The notes below the pieces were generated by a model. It did no database searches. It had not been told where the DNA came from and saw only the letters and a program-made list of their open reading frames with translations. The translations under genes were made by a program, and so were the position numbers. Shown here piece by piece: positions 14,101 to 21,942 of a stretch of 24,251 bases of DNA (the stretch's first letter is position 1; every line of letters begins with the position of its first letter). Origin of the DNA: Pirellulaceae bacterium (GTDB lineage Bacteria > Planctomycetota > Planctomycetia > Pirellulales > Pirellulaceae); the NCBI GenBank assembly GCA_024102795.1, contig JAGFJK010000232.1, positions 1 through 24,251 of the forward strand. The letters run 5' to 3'.

Positions 14101-16627
14101 CCTTCAACTGGCGGACGGCATCCTCGCGGATCGTCTTCAGCCGGCTCTGGATGTCGTCCACCTTGACCGAATCGTCCAGTTCCTGCAGTTGCCGCACGAG
14201 ATCCCGGACCTTGTCGATCATCAGGTCGGCGGCGAAGTAGGCGTGAATCTCGTTGACGGTCTGCAGTTGATCGACGCGGGACTTGATGCCCTTGAGGATC
14301 CGATCGGCCGCTCCGCTCAGCGCCGCGGCCCGCCGGTTACGGGCCTCCACCAGTTGCAGCTTGCGGGTTTCAAACGCCGCGTAGACTTCCTCCCGCTTGT
14401 CGGTCAACTGCCCGACAAACTCGTCGAATTCCGCGAACCGCCCTTCCAGCTCCTCGATCTGCACCATCAGCCTGGTGAGGAACTCCTCGCACTTCTCCGC
14501 CGTGTCGGCGATGTCCAGGTAGTTGACGACGGCCTGGCCGAGCAGTTTCAGTTGCGAGGTGAATTCGGCGACCCCTTCCACCGCCAGCAGCTCGCGGATC
14601 TTGGTCTTCAGTGCCGCGCGGGCCACGTTGACCTGCGAGAAGATCGTGGAGATGTTGTCGATGATCCGCGTCCGCTGCGTGGCGTCGTCGATCTTCAGAT
14701 TGCCGACCACGTCGATCAACATTTCCAGTTCGCCGGCCGACTGCTGCACCTGCTCCTCCAGCGCCCGAGCGTCGGTGACCTTCTTCAGGCCCTCGACCGC
14801 CTGCTGCTGGTCCGCCACGCGACGCGCGTAGGGTGCCAGGGCATCGTCGCGCAGCAGGAAAGCCACGCAGCGGCGGGCGAGCTGGTCGGACTGCTGGACC
14901 ACCTGCTGCTCCAGGTGCTCGATGCGGGCCGTGTCGGCGTAGCGCAGGTCCCGCAGCGCGACGATCTCGCCGCGGGATTGCCGCAGGCGGCCCAGCGCGG
15001 CGACGAACTCCAGGATCTGCTCGAACCGCTGGCGGTGGATCGCGGCCAGGTTGCTGGCCGTCTCCTGCTCGATACGCGCCATCTGGCTGGCCGTGTTCTG
15101 CTTGACGCGGACGACCTTCTCGAACTCGTTGACGGCCGACGCGGCGGCCTCCTTGATCTGTTGCAGCACCTCCTTCAGCTGGAACGTTTCGGGTTTGTCC
15201 AGCCAGAAATACGAGTCGATGATGTCCTGCGACAGCTTGACCAGGTCGACGTACAGGTCGGCGTAGGTGTCTTCCTTGTCGATCAGGGCCAGCAGCTCGT
15301 GGCACTCCGCCATGCCCCGCACGATGTCGCGGTTGCCGATCTTGTAGAGCAGCGAGTCGGATTGCTGGACCGGCACGTAGCTTTCGCCGACGTAAGGAGT
15401 GCGCCAGATCTGGATGGCGTGGTGCTTCTGCGGCTCCTCGTGGCGTTTGAAGCAAGTCAGCTCGCCGCCCTCGAACAGCGTGAAGCCGTGACAGACCAGC
15501 GGCGTGTCGACCCGCTGTTCGATCACGTTGTAGCGCAGCAGCACGTAGCTGCCTTGCTCGCGGTTGGTGAAGACGTACAGGTAGTCTTCGCCGTTGGGAG
15601 CGACGATCCGCCGTTCGAACTGCATCCCCTGCTGGTCGCTCTCGAACGTCTTGTACTGGCCGTTCTGCAGGTAGTAGCCGTTGGCGAAGATCAGTCCCTG
15701 GTCGTCCGGCAGCAGCACGCAGGCGTGGGCGATAGAATCGATGCGGCGGGCCGTGCGGGTCTTTTCGTTGTAGACGATGTGCCGGAAGTCGCGCTCCTGG
15801 TAGGGGCGGATCTTCAGCAGGATGATATGCCCGACGATGGCATAGTAGATCTCGGCATCGTCCAGCGTCTGGTCGGCATTGTCGACGTCCTCGCGGTAGA
15901 TGCCTTCGCCCGAATCGGTGTTGTTTTCGATCTTGATCGTCAGGTCGCCGCCCACGGTTTCCACGAACAGCCGGTCGCGGATCGAGATGTGGGGAAACCT
16001 GCCGGCCTGGTGGGCGTCGCGCGTGGTGCGGATCCACTCGAAGTCGTGCTGCGGCGGGTTCCGCACTTCATGATCGCTGCGGTTGTCGACGTATTCCAGC
16101 CGGTCGTCCCGCCGCAGCCACTTGAGCGCCTTGATGTCGGCGGCCGTCTTGCCCACCTGGAACACCAGGTACAGGTAGGGTCCCTGGCTGAAGAAGCGGG
16201 CGAACTGCGACGTCTTGTAGTAGCGGTAAATCTCGCGGAACTCCCGCCCGAACTGCTCGTTGCCCAGCAGGTCCAGCGACAGTTCGTGAAACGTGCCCTC
16301 GGCGAACCGATAGACCGAGAACACGTCGGCCAGCTCCGTTTCGGTCTTCAGGCCCAGGTGCACGTTGTAGCCGAACAGAAACACCTGGCCGAAGGCGACC
16401 ATGTCCCGCGGCACGCAGTTGTGCGCCGTGGTGATCCGCTCGGTGCCCAGCAGGGCCATATCGATCGAACCGAAGACCTCCTTGCGGGCGGCGTTGAGCT
16501 GCTGCAGCCGGCCGCGCAACTGGCCGGCCTGCGCCAGCAGCCGCTGGCGGATGATCTCGTAGGTTCCGCCTTCCAGCGCCGCCGCGGCGGAGCCTTCGGG
16601 CGTTTGAGGCGAGTCGGCTTGAGCCAT
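11147..16627 (-). CDS. Giant (1826 aa) uncharacterized protein with an N-terminal beta-rich region, extensive coiled coil, a MoxR/AAA_5-like AAA+ ATPase domain and a Q-rich C-terminus
   Basis: An ATG at 16627 has a GGGGAG Shine-Dalgarno-like motif 8 nt upstream and lies 16 nt after the flotillin stop. Walker A is LLVVSPPGYGKTTL (nt about 12719-12745). Walker B is VMIYLDDIQH (nt about 12535-12550). A sensor-1-like VVVMAGNP and IPDMLSNRADV resemble the MoxR-type LPEALLDRF motif. Residues 480-1000 are heptad-rich (EQ/LR-rich) coiled coil. Confidence 0.85.
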   Translation of the reverse strand: MAQADSPQTPEGSAAAALEGGTYEIIRQRLLAQAGQLRGRLQQLNAARKEVFGSIDMALLGTERITTAHNCVPRDMVAFGQVFLFGYNVHLGLKTETELADVFSVYRFAEGTFHELSLDLLGNEQFGREFREIYRYYKTSQFARFFSQGPYLYLVFQVGKTAADIKALKWLRRDDRLEYVDNRSDHEVRNPPQHDFEWIRTTRDAHQAGRFPHISIRDRLFVETVGGDLTIKIENNTDSGEGIYREDVDNADQTLDDAEIYYAIVGHIILLKIRPYQERDFRHIVYNEKTRTARRIDSIAHACVLLPDDQGLIFANGYYLQNGQYKTFESDQQGMQFERRIVAPNGEDYLYVFTNREQGSYVLLRYNVIEQRVDTPLVCHGFTLFEGGELTCFKRHEEPQKHHAIQIWRTPYVGESYVPVQQSDSLLYKIGNRDIVRGMAECHELLALIDKEDTYADLYVDLVKLSQDIIDSYFWLDKPETFQLKEVLQQIKEAAASAVNEFEKVVRVKQNTASQMARIEQETASNLAAIHRQRFEQILEFVAALGRLRQSRGEIVALRDLRYADTARIEHLEQQVVQQSDQLARRCVAFLLRDDALAPYARRVADQQQAVEGLKKVTDARALEEQVQQSAGELEMLIDVVGNLKIDDATQRTRIIDNISTIFSQVNVARAALKTKIRELLAVEGVAEFTSQLKLLGQAVVNYLDIADTAEKCEEFLTRLMVQIEELEGRFAEFDEFVGQLTDKREEVYAAFETRKLQLVEARNRRAAALSGAADRILKGIKSRVDQLQTVNEIHAYFAADLMIDKVRDLVRQLQELDDSVKVDDIQSRLKTIREDAVRQLKDRRELFVGGENVIRLGRHNFSVNVQALDLTCVLHEDQLCLHLTGTRFFEPIRDERLLATREVWDQLLVSENRQVYRGEYLAWLLFEQLRAQPPAEQERVLRLAAEDRLALVQQFMAPRYDESYVKGVSDQDAAKILTALLEMQSELGLLRFDTRARALAVCGWLLFVDPDRRGTWADKLRGAGTVARLFPQATERAHYVAELGELLRDFCLRWELFPDDLVEEAAEYLFLELSGRQDFVVSRTAAELCEAFERHLRVNNYSAHFQQSLAAVQGDARGRFVLLRDWARAFIQQQAAGQSAGQSASQPAGQSAGQRGEFADELALLLLRGKFDPALIVEGHAERELTGLAGVHQVIESGRYRLHYNQFLRKLHAFATQVVPRFQQSVQLKKQLLEQARADMRLEEFRPRVLTSFVRNRLIDSVYLPLIGDNLAKQIGVVGEQKRTDLMGLLLVVSPPGYGKTTLMEYIANRLGIIFMKINGPALGHRLTSLDPAEAPNAAAREEVEKLNLAFEMGDNVMIYLDDIQHCNAELLQKFISLCDAQRKIEGVYKGHTRTYDLRGRKVVVVMAGNPYTESGQRFQIPDMLSNRADVYNLGEIIGDTAEAFELSYLENALTSNPVLNKLASRSQQDVYAVIKMAQRDAREGIELEGNYSLEELDEMVATMKKLLRVRDVILRVNRQYIRSAAQSDDYRTEPPFKLQGSYRNMNRIAERVVPIMNDQELETLILSSYENDAQTLTSDTESNLLKLKEMLGLLSPAEARRWEEICRTFQQNVKLRGVAPDDKVGLVVAQLSSFSDGLHHLRQTLSDGITALAGDRGATEQQQQQQLRELVDNVGAVREGLQSIGQALSAAVAERPADGNSHDPSHGAAALAADAMLKLSEELRALTTGAVPVDTNRPLQRISVMHKVPRSILDVMHSQFELMQSWLQPLLSASQQQQSDIRQLRESLEQCLASYRVLIGDLEGASQRQPGTRTQAGTGTHQQS
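13163..13222. repeat. In-frame imperfect 12-nt tandem repeat (about 5 units) inside the giant CDS, encoding (A/P)GQS repeats
   Basis: The units are CTGGCCGGCCGA, CTGGCCGGCGGGTTGA, CTGGCCGATTGGCCGGCGGA and CTGGCCCGCCGC. On the minus strand they translate to QQAAGQSAGQSASQPAGQSAGQR, a low-complexity linker. Confidence 0.7.
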
Positions 16628-16643
16628 GCGGCGTACTCCCCAG

Positions 16644-18746
16644 CTACTTGGAACCGTTACCGGCCTCGGCCGGATTCAGGCGGAGCGCCGAGACGCGCTG
16701 GCCGGAGAGCCCCGAATCGGCGGCCATCCCCAGCAGCCTGGCCAGCTCATGGCGCGTCTCATCCGACCCGGTCAGCCCCATCAGCTTGGCGATCAGGGCG
16801 GCGATCGACAGGTCCTTGATGTCGTCGAAGCTGAGGTTGAACGTGCCGACCAGCTCCTGCAGCTTGTCGCGGAAGTAGTCGGGGTTGCCGTTGAAGAACG
16901 TGTTCTTGACGTCGGTCAGCACTTCGCTGTTGTGGACGAAGCGATCGACGGCCTTGCCGCCCTTGATCGAGTCGACGATCTTGTCGAAGAACGCCGTCTC
17001 GCCGCCGACGATGTCGATGCGGGCGGACTTGAGCGCCTGGCCGACGATATTCGACTGGGCCTCGGCGATCTGCCGCTGGGCGTCGATGGCGGCGATCTCG
17101 ATGTCCTTGTCCTTGTTCAGCCGCAGCTTGAACTCCTCGTGCTCCTTGCCCACGCCGTCGAACAGCTTCATGGCGTTGGCCTTTTCCTCGATGCCGGCGG
17201 CCTCGCTGTGGAACTTGAGCTGCATCACGTTGGCTTCGGCCGTGCCCTGCTTCTCGACCGCCGTGGCCTTGGCTTCCAGGCCGCGGGCCTCGGCCACCGC
17301 CTTGCGTTCCAGCACGTTGGCTTCGGCCGTGCCCTGCTTCTCGGCGGCGTCGGCCTTGGCGACCAGCACGTGCGCTTCGGCCAGTCCGCCGGCGGCCTGG
17401 TCGGCCGTCTTGGCTTCGGCCAGCATCTTGGTGGCCTGCGTCTGCTTCTCGGCCGCCTGCCGGTTGGCTTCGGCCTCGATCACCACCTGGTCGGCCAGCA
17501 GCGCGGCGGCCTGCTTGGCCGCCTCCGCCGCCTTGACTTCCTTGATCAGGGCTTCCTGGGCGGCCTTTTCGGCCAGCGTGATGGCGACCTTCTTCTGGCG
17601 GTCGGCGGTGGCGAACTGCTCGGTGTCGTAAATCCGCTGCTGCTCTTCCACCACGGCGCGTTCCACGACCACGCGTTCGCGGATCACTTCCTGGATGTTC
17701 CGGTTCTCGACTTCGATCGCCTTTTCCTTTTCGACCTGGGCCACGCCCACCAGCCGTTCCCGCTCGGTCACTTCCATCAGGCGATCCTTCTCCACCCGCT
17801 CGGTCTCGACCGCGTCGGTCCGCTGGCGGTTCTTCAAGGCCACGATGATCTGCCGGTTCTTGTTCTCCTCGGCCACGCCCACCTGCTCGTCGGTCTGGAT
17901 CCGAGCCTGCTCGGCCTTGAGCCGGTTCTCCTCCTGGACCTGGAGCGCCTGGGCCCGTTCGCGGGCCGTGATCTCGGCGATCTGCCGCTCCTGCCGCTGC
18001 ACCGCCTCGACCCGCTGCCGCTCCAGTTCCAGGATCGCCTCCTGCGCCTCGACGTCCTGCTTCTTGATGGTCTTTTCCTTCTCCCGCGTGAAGAAGTTCT
18101 CCTTGATCTTCTCGGCGGCCGTCAGCTCGGTGATCTTCTTGATCCCCTCGGCGTCCAGGATGTTGCCCGGATTGAGCAGTTCCAGGCGCGTCTGTTCCAG
18201 GTAGTCGATGGCGCAGTCGTCCAGCCGGTACCCGTTCAGGTCGACGCCGATCACCTTGATGATCTCGGCCTTGAACTGCTCGCGCTTGTCGTACAGGTCG
18301 ACGAAATCGAACCGCTTGCCGACCGTCTTCAGCGCCTCGGAGAACTTGGCGTCGAACAGCTCGACCAGCGTCCGCTCGTCCGAAGCGCGGTTGCAGCCGA
18401 TCGACTGGGCCACTTCCTTGATCTTTTCCGGCTCCTTGTCGACCCGCACGAAGAACGCCACCTTGATGTCGGCCCGGATATTGTCCCGGCAGATCAGGCC
18501 GTCGGAACCGTCCCGCTTGATCTCGATCCGCTTCAGCGTCAGATCCATCTGATCCACTCGATGGGCGATCGGAATCACCCACATCCCGGCGCCCGTGGCG
18601 ACCTGCATGTGTCCCCAGCCGGAGCGGACCAGCGCCTCTTCCGGACCGACCTTGCGGTAGAACTTCGAGAGCATCGCGCCGAAGGCGATCGCCAGGAAGA
18701 TGAAGATGCCAAAGGCAATCAGGCCGGTAACCAGGATGTCATTCAT
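16644..18746 (-). CDS. Flotillin-family SPFH/band-7 protein (YqiK/FloT-like)
   Basis: An ATG at 18746 (MNDILVTGLIAFGIFIFLAIAFGAML...) has a GAGGA motif 7 nt upstream. There is an N-terminal TM helix, an SPFH domain, then a long EA/AEA-rich flotillin coiled-coil region (...AEANVLERKAVAEARGLEAKATAVEKQGTAEANV...). The track start at 18752 is a TTG two codons upstream. Confidence 0.88.
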   Translation of the reverse strand: MNDILVTGLIAFGIFIFLAIAFGAMLSKFYRKVGPEEALVRSGWGHMQVATGAGMWVIPIAHRVDQMDLTLKRIEIKRDGSDGLICRDNIRADIKVAFFVRVDKEPEKIKEVAQSIGCNRASDERTLVELFDAKFSEALKTVGKRFDFVDLYDKREQFKAEIIKVIGVDLNGYRLDDCAIDYLEQTRLELLNPGNILDAEGIKKITELTAAEKIKENFFTREKEKTIKKQDVEAQEAILELERQRVEAVQRQERQIAEITARERAQALQVQEENRLKAEQARIQTDEQVGVAEENKNRQIIVALKNRQRTDAVETERVEKDRLMEVTERERLVGVAQVEKEKAIEVENRNIQEVIRERVVVERAVVEEQQRIYDTEQFATADRQKKVAITLAEKAAQEALIKEVKAAEAAKQAAALLADQVVIEAEANRQAAEKQTQATKMLAEAKTADQAAGGLAEAHVLVAKADAAEKQGTAEANVLERKAVAEARGLEAKATAVEKQGTAEANVMQLKFHSEAAGIEEKANAMKLFDGVGKEHEEFKLRLNKDKDIEIAAIDAQRQIAEAQSNIVGQALKSARIDIVGGETAFFDKIVDSIKGGKAVDRFVHNSEVLTDVKNTFFNGNPDYFRDKLQELVGTFNLSFDDIKDLSIAALIAKLMGLTGSDETRHELARLLGMAADSGLSGQRVSALRLNPAEAGNGSK

Positions 18747-18756
18747 GAACAAGTCC

Positions 18757-19374
18757 TCAGTTGGCTTTCGAGATCAGATACGTACGTGACTCGTGGTCGT
18801 AGTCGACGATTTCCGCGCGATCTCCTTTCGCCAGCGTCCCTGCCACCGTCCGCACATCCAGCAGCAGCGGAGCTCCATCGGTCTGGAACCGGGCTTGCCC
18901 GGATTCCGAGGTGGCCTCCCAGGTCGACACCTCGCAGTACTTTCCAATCAGGCTTTCCGCCGTGTATTCCGGCGGTTGATCAAACACGTGGATCAGGGGT
19001 TGCGTGGCCAGCTTGGTCAGCACGACACTCAAGGCCACGTTCCTCAACAGAAACTGCGAAATATGCCACCAGCCCGGTTCGTACTGGGCCTCGTCCCAGA
19101 GAAACCAGAAGAACATCGACAGCACCCACAGGATCGCGGCGAATACGCTGACCCAGACCATCAGCGGCACGCGACCCAGGTTCAGGAACCGCAGCCCCAG
19201 GAACCCGACGCTGAGCGGCGAATCGGGCTGCCCGTCCAGGTCCAGGTCGAAGTCCAGGAACTCCAGGTCCAGCGCGCCGACCAGTAACAGCAGCCAGTAG
19301 CCGACCACGAGCCCCAGCAGCAGAGTCGCGGGCAGGTTGGCTCCGGTCACGCAGTGCTGCAGATACTCGTTCAT
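18757..19374 (-). CDS. NfeD-like (YqiJ-type) membrane protein with a C-terminal OB-fold domain, the usual flotillin partner
   Basis: An ATG at 19374 starts MNEYLQHCVTGANLPATLLLGLVVGYWLLLLVGALDLEFLDFDLDLDG, with TM helices. The C-terminal EVSTWEATSESGQARFQTDGAPLLLDVRTVAGTLAKGDRAEIVDYDHESRTYLI is a beta-barrel like the NfeD C-terminus. The stop lies 10 nt before the flotillin ATG. An alternative TTG start is at 19425. Confidence 0.78.
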   Translation of the reverse strand: MNEYLQHCVTGANLPATLLLGLVVGYWLLLLVGALDLEFLDFDLDLDGQPDSPLSVGFLGLRFLNLGRVPLMVWVSVFAAILWVLSMFFWFLWDEAQYEPGWWHISQFLLRNVALSVVLTKLATQPLIHVFDQPPEYTAESLIGKYCEVSTWEATSESGQARFQTDGAPLLLDVRTVAGTLAKGDRAEIVDYDHESRTYLISKAN

Positions 19375-19556
19375 GGGGTGATCACTTTTTGTCCGTTGGA
19401 AACATATCGAATCGTACCGCGGCAACCGGCTCGGCGATTTGAATTTCCGGCCGGGGATTCTGGCGAGACTTCGGCGGTCATGCGGGCTGTGTCCGTGATC
19501 GGGTTTATGAGGATCAGGGACTTTTTCATACTTGCGACGATCCTGACGATTCGCTC

Positions 19557-19652
19557 GTGTCCTTCACCAGTGCTGCCTCGCTGACGCGTCGGGCTACATG
19601 GGTCGTGTCGTTCACCAGCGCTGCCTCCCTGGCGCGTCGGGCTACTTTCGCT
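19557..19652. repeat. 48-bp direct tandem repeat, 2 copies, related to the dispersed repeat family
   Basis: GTGTCCTTCACCAGTGCTGCCTCGCTGACGCGTCGGGCTACATGGGTC is followed by GTGTCGTTCACCAGCGCTGCCTCCCTGGCGCGTCGGGCTACTTTCGCT, about 85% identical. It contains the CTGCCTCGCT and GCTACTTTCGC motifs shared with 2245-2392 and 7997-8029. It lies upstream of the NfeD gene and overlaps the kinase 3' end. Confidence 0.75.
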
Positions 19653-21942
19653 CCGGCGGCGGCCGGATTGGTTGCTGAAAAAATCGCCGCGCCGCGGGGT
19701 GGAAGTGAAACACGGACCAGTCCGCGGCCTGTTCTCGGGGGATCAAGTCGAAGCGCGCGACCAGGTGGCCCTCGTACAGCGTTTCCAGCAATTGCCGCAC
19801 CAGCCGGTCCGACGCCTCGGCATGGACGGCCAGGAATGTAGTTGTGGCAATCGTGGCGATGTCCTGTCCCGGCACGTCGGCCGAGCCGTCCGGCGAGCGC
19901 AGGTAGCAGCCTTGGGGAATCGTGCCGGGATGGTAGGCGGCGGGATTCAGGCGGCGATCGGCGGTCACTGGCAGCAGGTCGTAGTCGCCGCTGGCCAGCA
20001 GCCGCCGGAGGTCCGCGTTCGCCGTGCCCGTCGTGACAATCGCACCATCCAGGTCCGGGTCGTGGAAGAGTTTGACGAAGTGCTGATCCGACTCGGACAA
20101 GGTCCGCGGATCGATGCCGCAGGCCTGCAGCAGCTTGATGGCCGTTTGTTGCATGCCCGAACCGGATTCGCCCAGGGCAATGCGTTTGCCGGCGAGGTCT
20201 TCCAGGCGGGCGATGCCGCGACCGCGGCGGATGACCACGTGCACGAAGTCGTCGTAGAGCGGGGCGGCGACGGCGATCGAGTCGGAGCCGACGGCGCTGG
20301 CCTGCAGCAGCGCCAGGTGGCTCTCGCCGTTGGCCAGCCGCCGGACATTGTCGACCGATCCGGCCGTGGCGATTACTTCCGCCGCCAAACCGGTCCGTCG
20401 CCGCCAGGCGTCGGCCAATGCCAGTCCAAAGTCGTGGTATTCGCCGCCCGGCACGGCGGTGGCGATCCGCACCTTGGATGGTACCTGGTAGTGGCGATAC
20501 GTGCTGCTGGCCGCCAGCCCCATGACCACCAGCAAAGGCAGCGCCAGCAAGGCCCAGTTGGCGCGCCGTTGCCAAACTGTCGGTTGATGCACCCGGCGGC
20601 CGAACAGCGCGGCGACCAGCGGAATCCGGGCGACCCACTCGACGCCGCGGCGAAAGCGGCCTGCCGGGCGAGCGGCAATCGGCTCGCCGGCCAGAAACCG
20701 CCGCAGATCGTCGGACAAGGCCGCCGCGGTCGGGTAACGTTCGGACGGCTCCTTTTTCAGACACTTCAGACAGATGGTTTCCAGGTCCGCGCTGATTCCG
20801 GACCGCAGGCTGCGCGGCGCGGGCGGGTCGTCGTGGATCACCCGCATGATCGTTTCCATGACCGTACGGCCGTAGAACGGCGGCTGCCCGGTCAGGACCG
20901 CGTACAGGACGGCTCCCATCGAATACACGTCACTGGCCGGCCCCATCTCATCATGCCGGCCCGCCGCTTGTTCGGGAGCCATGTAGCCGGGCGTTCCCAG
21001 GGCGGTGCCTGAAGCCGTCAGGCCCGTGTCCTGGTCCATCAACTTGGCCAGGCCGAAGTCGGTGACATGAGGCCGGTCGGACTTGTCGATCAAGACGTTG
21101 GCCGGCTTGAGGTCGCGGTGCAGGATCCCGCTCTCGTGGGCGTGCTGGATCGCGTCGGCGACCGTCAGCAGGTACAGCGCCGCCCGCTGATCGGTCATCC
21201 CCGGACTTCCTGCCAGCTCCGCCAACGTCGTGCCTTCGATATAGTCCATCGAGAAATAGTGGTGGCCGTCCACCTGGCCCATCTGATGGACCGTGACAAT
21301 GCTGGGGTGGCCCAGTCGCCCCGCCGCCTTCGCCTCGTTGTAGAACCGCAGCAGGTCCTCGGGCGTGGCGAACTGCCCGGCGCGAATCATCTTCACCGCC
21401 ACGACGCGGTTGATCGATCGTTGCAGAGCTTTATAAACCACGCCCATCCCGCCTTGTCCCAGCAGGCTCAGCAGCTCGTAATCGCCAAAGCGTCGCGGCT
21501 GAAAGGGCTCGTCCTGGCCGGGCGGCGACACCCCGGCTTCCGAACCGCCACGGGTGCGGGTTGCCGTCGAATCACCCGGCGCCAGCGTCTCGGCCTGGGC
21601 CAGCCGGGCGACTTCGGACGGGTCCCGCGGAACGTGCGGCAGCGTGGTCGGTACGACCGCGCTGGGGGGCGACTTGGCCCGTGGCGATCCCCCGCCCGGC
21701 CAGTCGTCGGTCGTCGCGTCCAGCGCCGCTCGCTCCGGCTCAACCGGTCCAGCCATCGCATCGACCTGGCTGGCCGTCCGCAACAATCGCAGCAGCTCAT
21801 CGGCCACCGCTGGATAGCCGCTGGCGAACCGCGTCGGTTCGGGTTGCTGGCCGGCGTCGACCAGCCCCAGGTACTCGGCCAGCGCCCGATCCAGTTCGGC
21901 TTCCCGTTGCTCCCGTTCGCCGGTTGAGGTCGTGGTATTCAA
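19642..21942 (-). CDS. Ser/Thr protein kinase with one TM helix and a C-terminal periplasmic TAXI-family (TRAP-type) solute-binding-protein-like domain
   Basis: The Hanks kinase motifs are GQGGMGVVYKA (G-loop), VAVK, HRDLKPANVL (catalytic loop), DFGLAK (DFG) and GTPGYMAPE (APE). A hydrophobic segment (WALLALPLLVVMGLAA) follows. The C-terminal 300 aa (KVRIATAVPGGEYHDFGLALADAW...GSVDNVRRLANGESHLALLQ) resemble a TAXI SBP. The predicted start is a TTG overlapping the sigma-factor stop as TTGA. Confidence 0.82.
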   Translation of the reverse strand: MNTTTSTGEREQREAELDRALAEYLGLVDAGQQPEPTRFASGYPAVADELLRLLRTASQVDAMAGPVEPERAALDATTDDWPGGGSPRAKSPPSAVVPTTLPHVPRDPSEVARLAQAETLAPGDSTATRTRGGSEAGVSPPGQDEPFQPRRFGDYELLSLLGQGGMGVVYKALQRSINRVVAVKMIRAGQFATPEDLLRFYNEAKAAGRLGHPSIVTVHQMGQVDGHHYFSMDYIEGTTLAELAGSPGMTDQRAALYLLTVADAIQHAHESGILHRDLKPANVLIDKSDRPHVTDFGLAKLMDQDTGLTASGTALGTPGYMAPEQAAGRHDEMGPASDVYSMGAVLYAVLTGQPPFYGRTVMETIMRVIHDDPPAPRSLRSGISADLETICLKCLKKEPSERYPTAAALSDDLRRFLAGEPIAARPAGRFRRGVEWVARIPLVAALFGRRVHQPTVWQRRANWALLALPLLVVMGLAASSTYRHYQVPSKVRIATAVPGGEYHDFGLALADAWRRRTGLAAEVIATAGSVDNVRRLANGESHLALLQASAVGSDSIAVAAPLYDDFVHVVIRRGRGIARLEDLAGKRIALGESGSGMQQTAIKLLQACGIDPRTLSESDQHFVKLFHDPDLDGAIVTTGTANADLRRLLASGDYDLLPVTADRRLNPAAYHPGTIPQGCYLRSPDGSADVPGQDIATIATTTFLAVHAEASDRLVRQLLETLYEGHLVARFDLIPREQAADWSVFHFHPAARRFFQQPIRPPPERK

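Noticed and set aside
12527-16819. A 1430-aa plus-strand ORF antisense to the giant ATPase gene
   Set aside because: It is the mirror frame of the real minus-strand gene. It has an extreme L/G/D/Q/V-rich composition and no recognisable motifs. High GC suppresses stop codons on the opposite strand.
16626-19151. An 841-aa plus-strand ORF and a 607-aa minus-strand ORF (16759-18582) overlapping flotillin
   Set aside because: These are alternative-frame and antisense artefacts that are RG/GR-rich. The flotillin frame has clear SPFH and coiled-coil features and a Shine-Dalgarno motif-supported start.
19526-20764. A 412-aa minus-strand ORF overlapping the Ser/Thr kinase gene
   Set aside because: It is out of frame with the kinase, which has complete Hanks motifs. 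Its C-terminus translates the 48-bp tandem repeat (AKVARRAREAALVNDTTHVARRVSEAALVKDT). It is a GC artefact.
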